Of a stretch of DNA of 64,000 nucleotides, positions 62,302-64,000 are shown piece by piece. This stretch comes from Squalus acanthias (taxonomy: Eukaryota): NCBI GenBank assembly GCA_030390025.1, contig CM059432.1:57538001-57602000 (forward strand), written 5' to 3'. The notes beneath the pieces were generated by a model, which searched no databases, was not told the DNA's origin, and saw only the letters and a list, made by a program, of their open reading frames with translations. Both the position numbers and the translations under genes were made by a program. Every line of letters begins with the position of its first letter. The stretch's first letter is position 1.

Positions 62302-62527
62302 CTGTAATGTAGGAAATGCAGCAGCCAATTTGCACACAGCAAGGTCCCACAAATAGCTATGTGATAATGACCAGATAATCTGTTTTACTGATGTTTGTTG
62401 AGGGATTAATATTGGCCAGGACACCGGGGAGAACTCCGCAGCTCTTCTTTGAATAATGCCAGGGAATCTTTTACATCCACCTGAGAGGGCAGCCAGGGCC
62501 CCGGTGTAACATCTCATCCAAAAGACT
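62302..62527 (-). mobile_element. Deu-domain part of the split SINE
   Basis: Reverse complement of ~17026-17250. Confidence 0.8.
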
Positions 62528-62654
62528 ATCTCATATAAATGACAAATTAGCACCAACACAGTGTGCTGCTTCTGGGAACTTACATAAATGGAGGAAGGAC
62601 GTATGAGCCTTGCTTCAACTGTTTAAATGACTACAGCAGCCATTTAAAGGTGAG

Positions 62655-62860
62655 CACAGCTAGTTCCGCAAAATTTTCTGTGGAAGAAACTGACTGTAAA
62701 GTTATAGAATTCCATAGCACAATAATTGCAATAAGTACTGATGCAGTGGAGGATAGCAATGAAGAATGTCTGGGAAGCATGGAGGCTAGAGTGAATGCTG
62801 TCTCTAATGCTGAAAGGACTTGGAAGCAAATGTGCAAGAAGGTATCAGACCTGAGTAAAG
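62655..62860 (+). pseudogene. Degenerate Myb/SANT exon, probably from an old Harbinger
   Basis: AKFSVEE...VNAVSNAERTWKQMCKKVSDL followed by the donor aag|gtaagg. Confidence 0.6.
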
Positions 62861-64000
62861 GTAAGGCTACCCGACTGTTCCCTATACCAAATAAATGCCT
62901 CAAGTTACATGCTATAAAGTCTTCCTCTAAACCTGCTGTCCCATTATACGCAACCAAATACTTAACATGAATGCCATACTGCAGTAACACACACATTCAA
63001 GCTGCAACTTGCACATGATACTCTCCTCACACTAACATTTTAAAACAAAAATCCTAACAAAACCTAGCAGTGGCCAATTTTCATTTTCCGGCGTAAGTCA
63101 GCTCTACTTTTGGCACTACTTTTACAACCATCTGAATCTCAAGTGTAAATTATACTTAAATCTTCAGTACTTAATTCACAACTCCAGGTGCAAACTCAGA
63201 TGTATCTAAGGATGACTCTGTAGTTGGAAAGAAAAATTGCATGTTTAGTGATATTTAAAGAGTGGGGACATTAACAGGGAGCTACACAATGGGGGTGGGG
63301 ACAAAAATTCAGAATGCATCGGGGAAGTTTTAAAAGATATCTCAATCCATCAACATCCTTTGCTGAGGCTGAGGGCAGAGAATTAAGAATTACCTGGCAA
63401 GAATGAAGGAAAAGGGAACCCCAGGTGCATGTATGGTTCTGCAGACAAATGACAGAGCAGTCAAGCTCCCAGTCCTCTGTTTGGAAGCTGCTGAAGTTGG
63501 GGTGATGTTGCGTGAGCTGCTTCTGATGAGGGTTGATCGCAGTGTTGCTCCAGAGCACCATCCATAGGTCAGCAGTGCACTACAGTATCGGTTTGACATT
63601 TTTCTCCTGCGTGGTTCAAGCTAAGGTACTGTCAGGGGTTAGGCTGAAGCCTGCTGTGCATTCCCTTTGTGTTAGTCTGCACATGTTTCTTTAAGGTTTG
63701 TGAATCACAGCAACAGTCCCAGAATCCTGAGGCAGGAATGACGTCCAATAGAGCTGTCCACACCTGCTCAGTGAGCAGGACGGGCCGGGTAGTAACAGAT
63801 AGGCTGCTCAGTACAATAACATTTGCAAACTGCAGGTAAACGTCACGTGATCAAATGTCACTTGATCAAACCTCCAGGAATACATCCAACCAGTGTAGAC
63901 AACCCTATCGCCAGCCGCATGCTAATACGGCTGGGCTGTAAAAATCGGCTGGGCCTCCCCACGGGCTGATCTCTCACTAGGCCACATTCCCACCTGGGAC

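Noticed and set aside
63390..63599. Possible first coding exon on the minus strand ending at cag|gtaatt
   Set aside because: No recognisable protein similarity; it lies next to Harbinger-like debris.

Overview
Eukaryotic, repeat-saturated DNA with no recognisable host protein-coding exon. The repeat complement (CR1 LINEs with esterase ORF1, Deu-domain tRNA SINE, Penelope elements, two-gene Harbingers) points to a cartilaginous fish; this is inferred, not proven. The window is a stack of nested mobile elements: about a dozen CR1 copies or fragments (two near full length), RTE and L2 pieces, Penelope remnants carrying hammerhead-ribozyme cores, two long solo LTRs with 4-bp TSDs, PIF/Harbinger transposons (DDE transposase plus spliced Myb/SANT gene) with their MITEs, and old Gypsy pol relics. 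The most striking unexplained signal is at the CR1 ORF1/ORF2 junction. All four junctions present, from clearly diverged copies, end ORF1 with the heptamer T_TTA_AAC/G directly before the stop codon, followed by G-tracts. In the three copies that can be tested, ORF2 runs open from that heptamer in the -1 frame, suggesting -1 programmed ribosomal frameshifting in a vertebrate LINE. Coordinates of degraded elements are approximate; no database searches were run.
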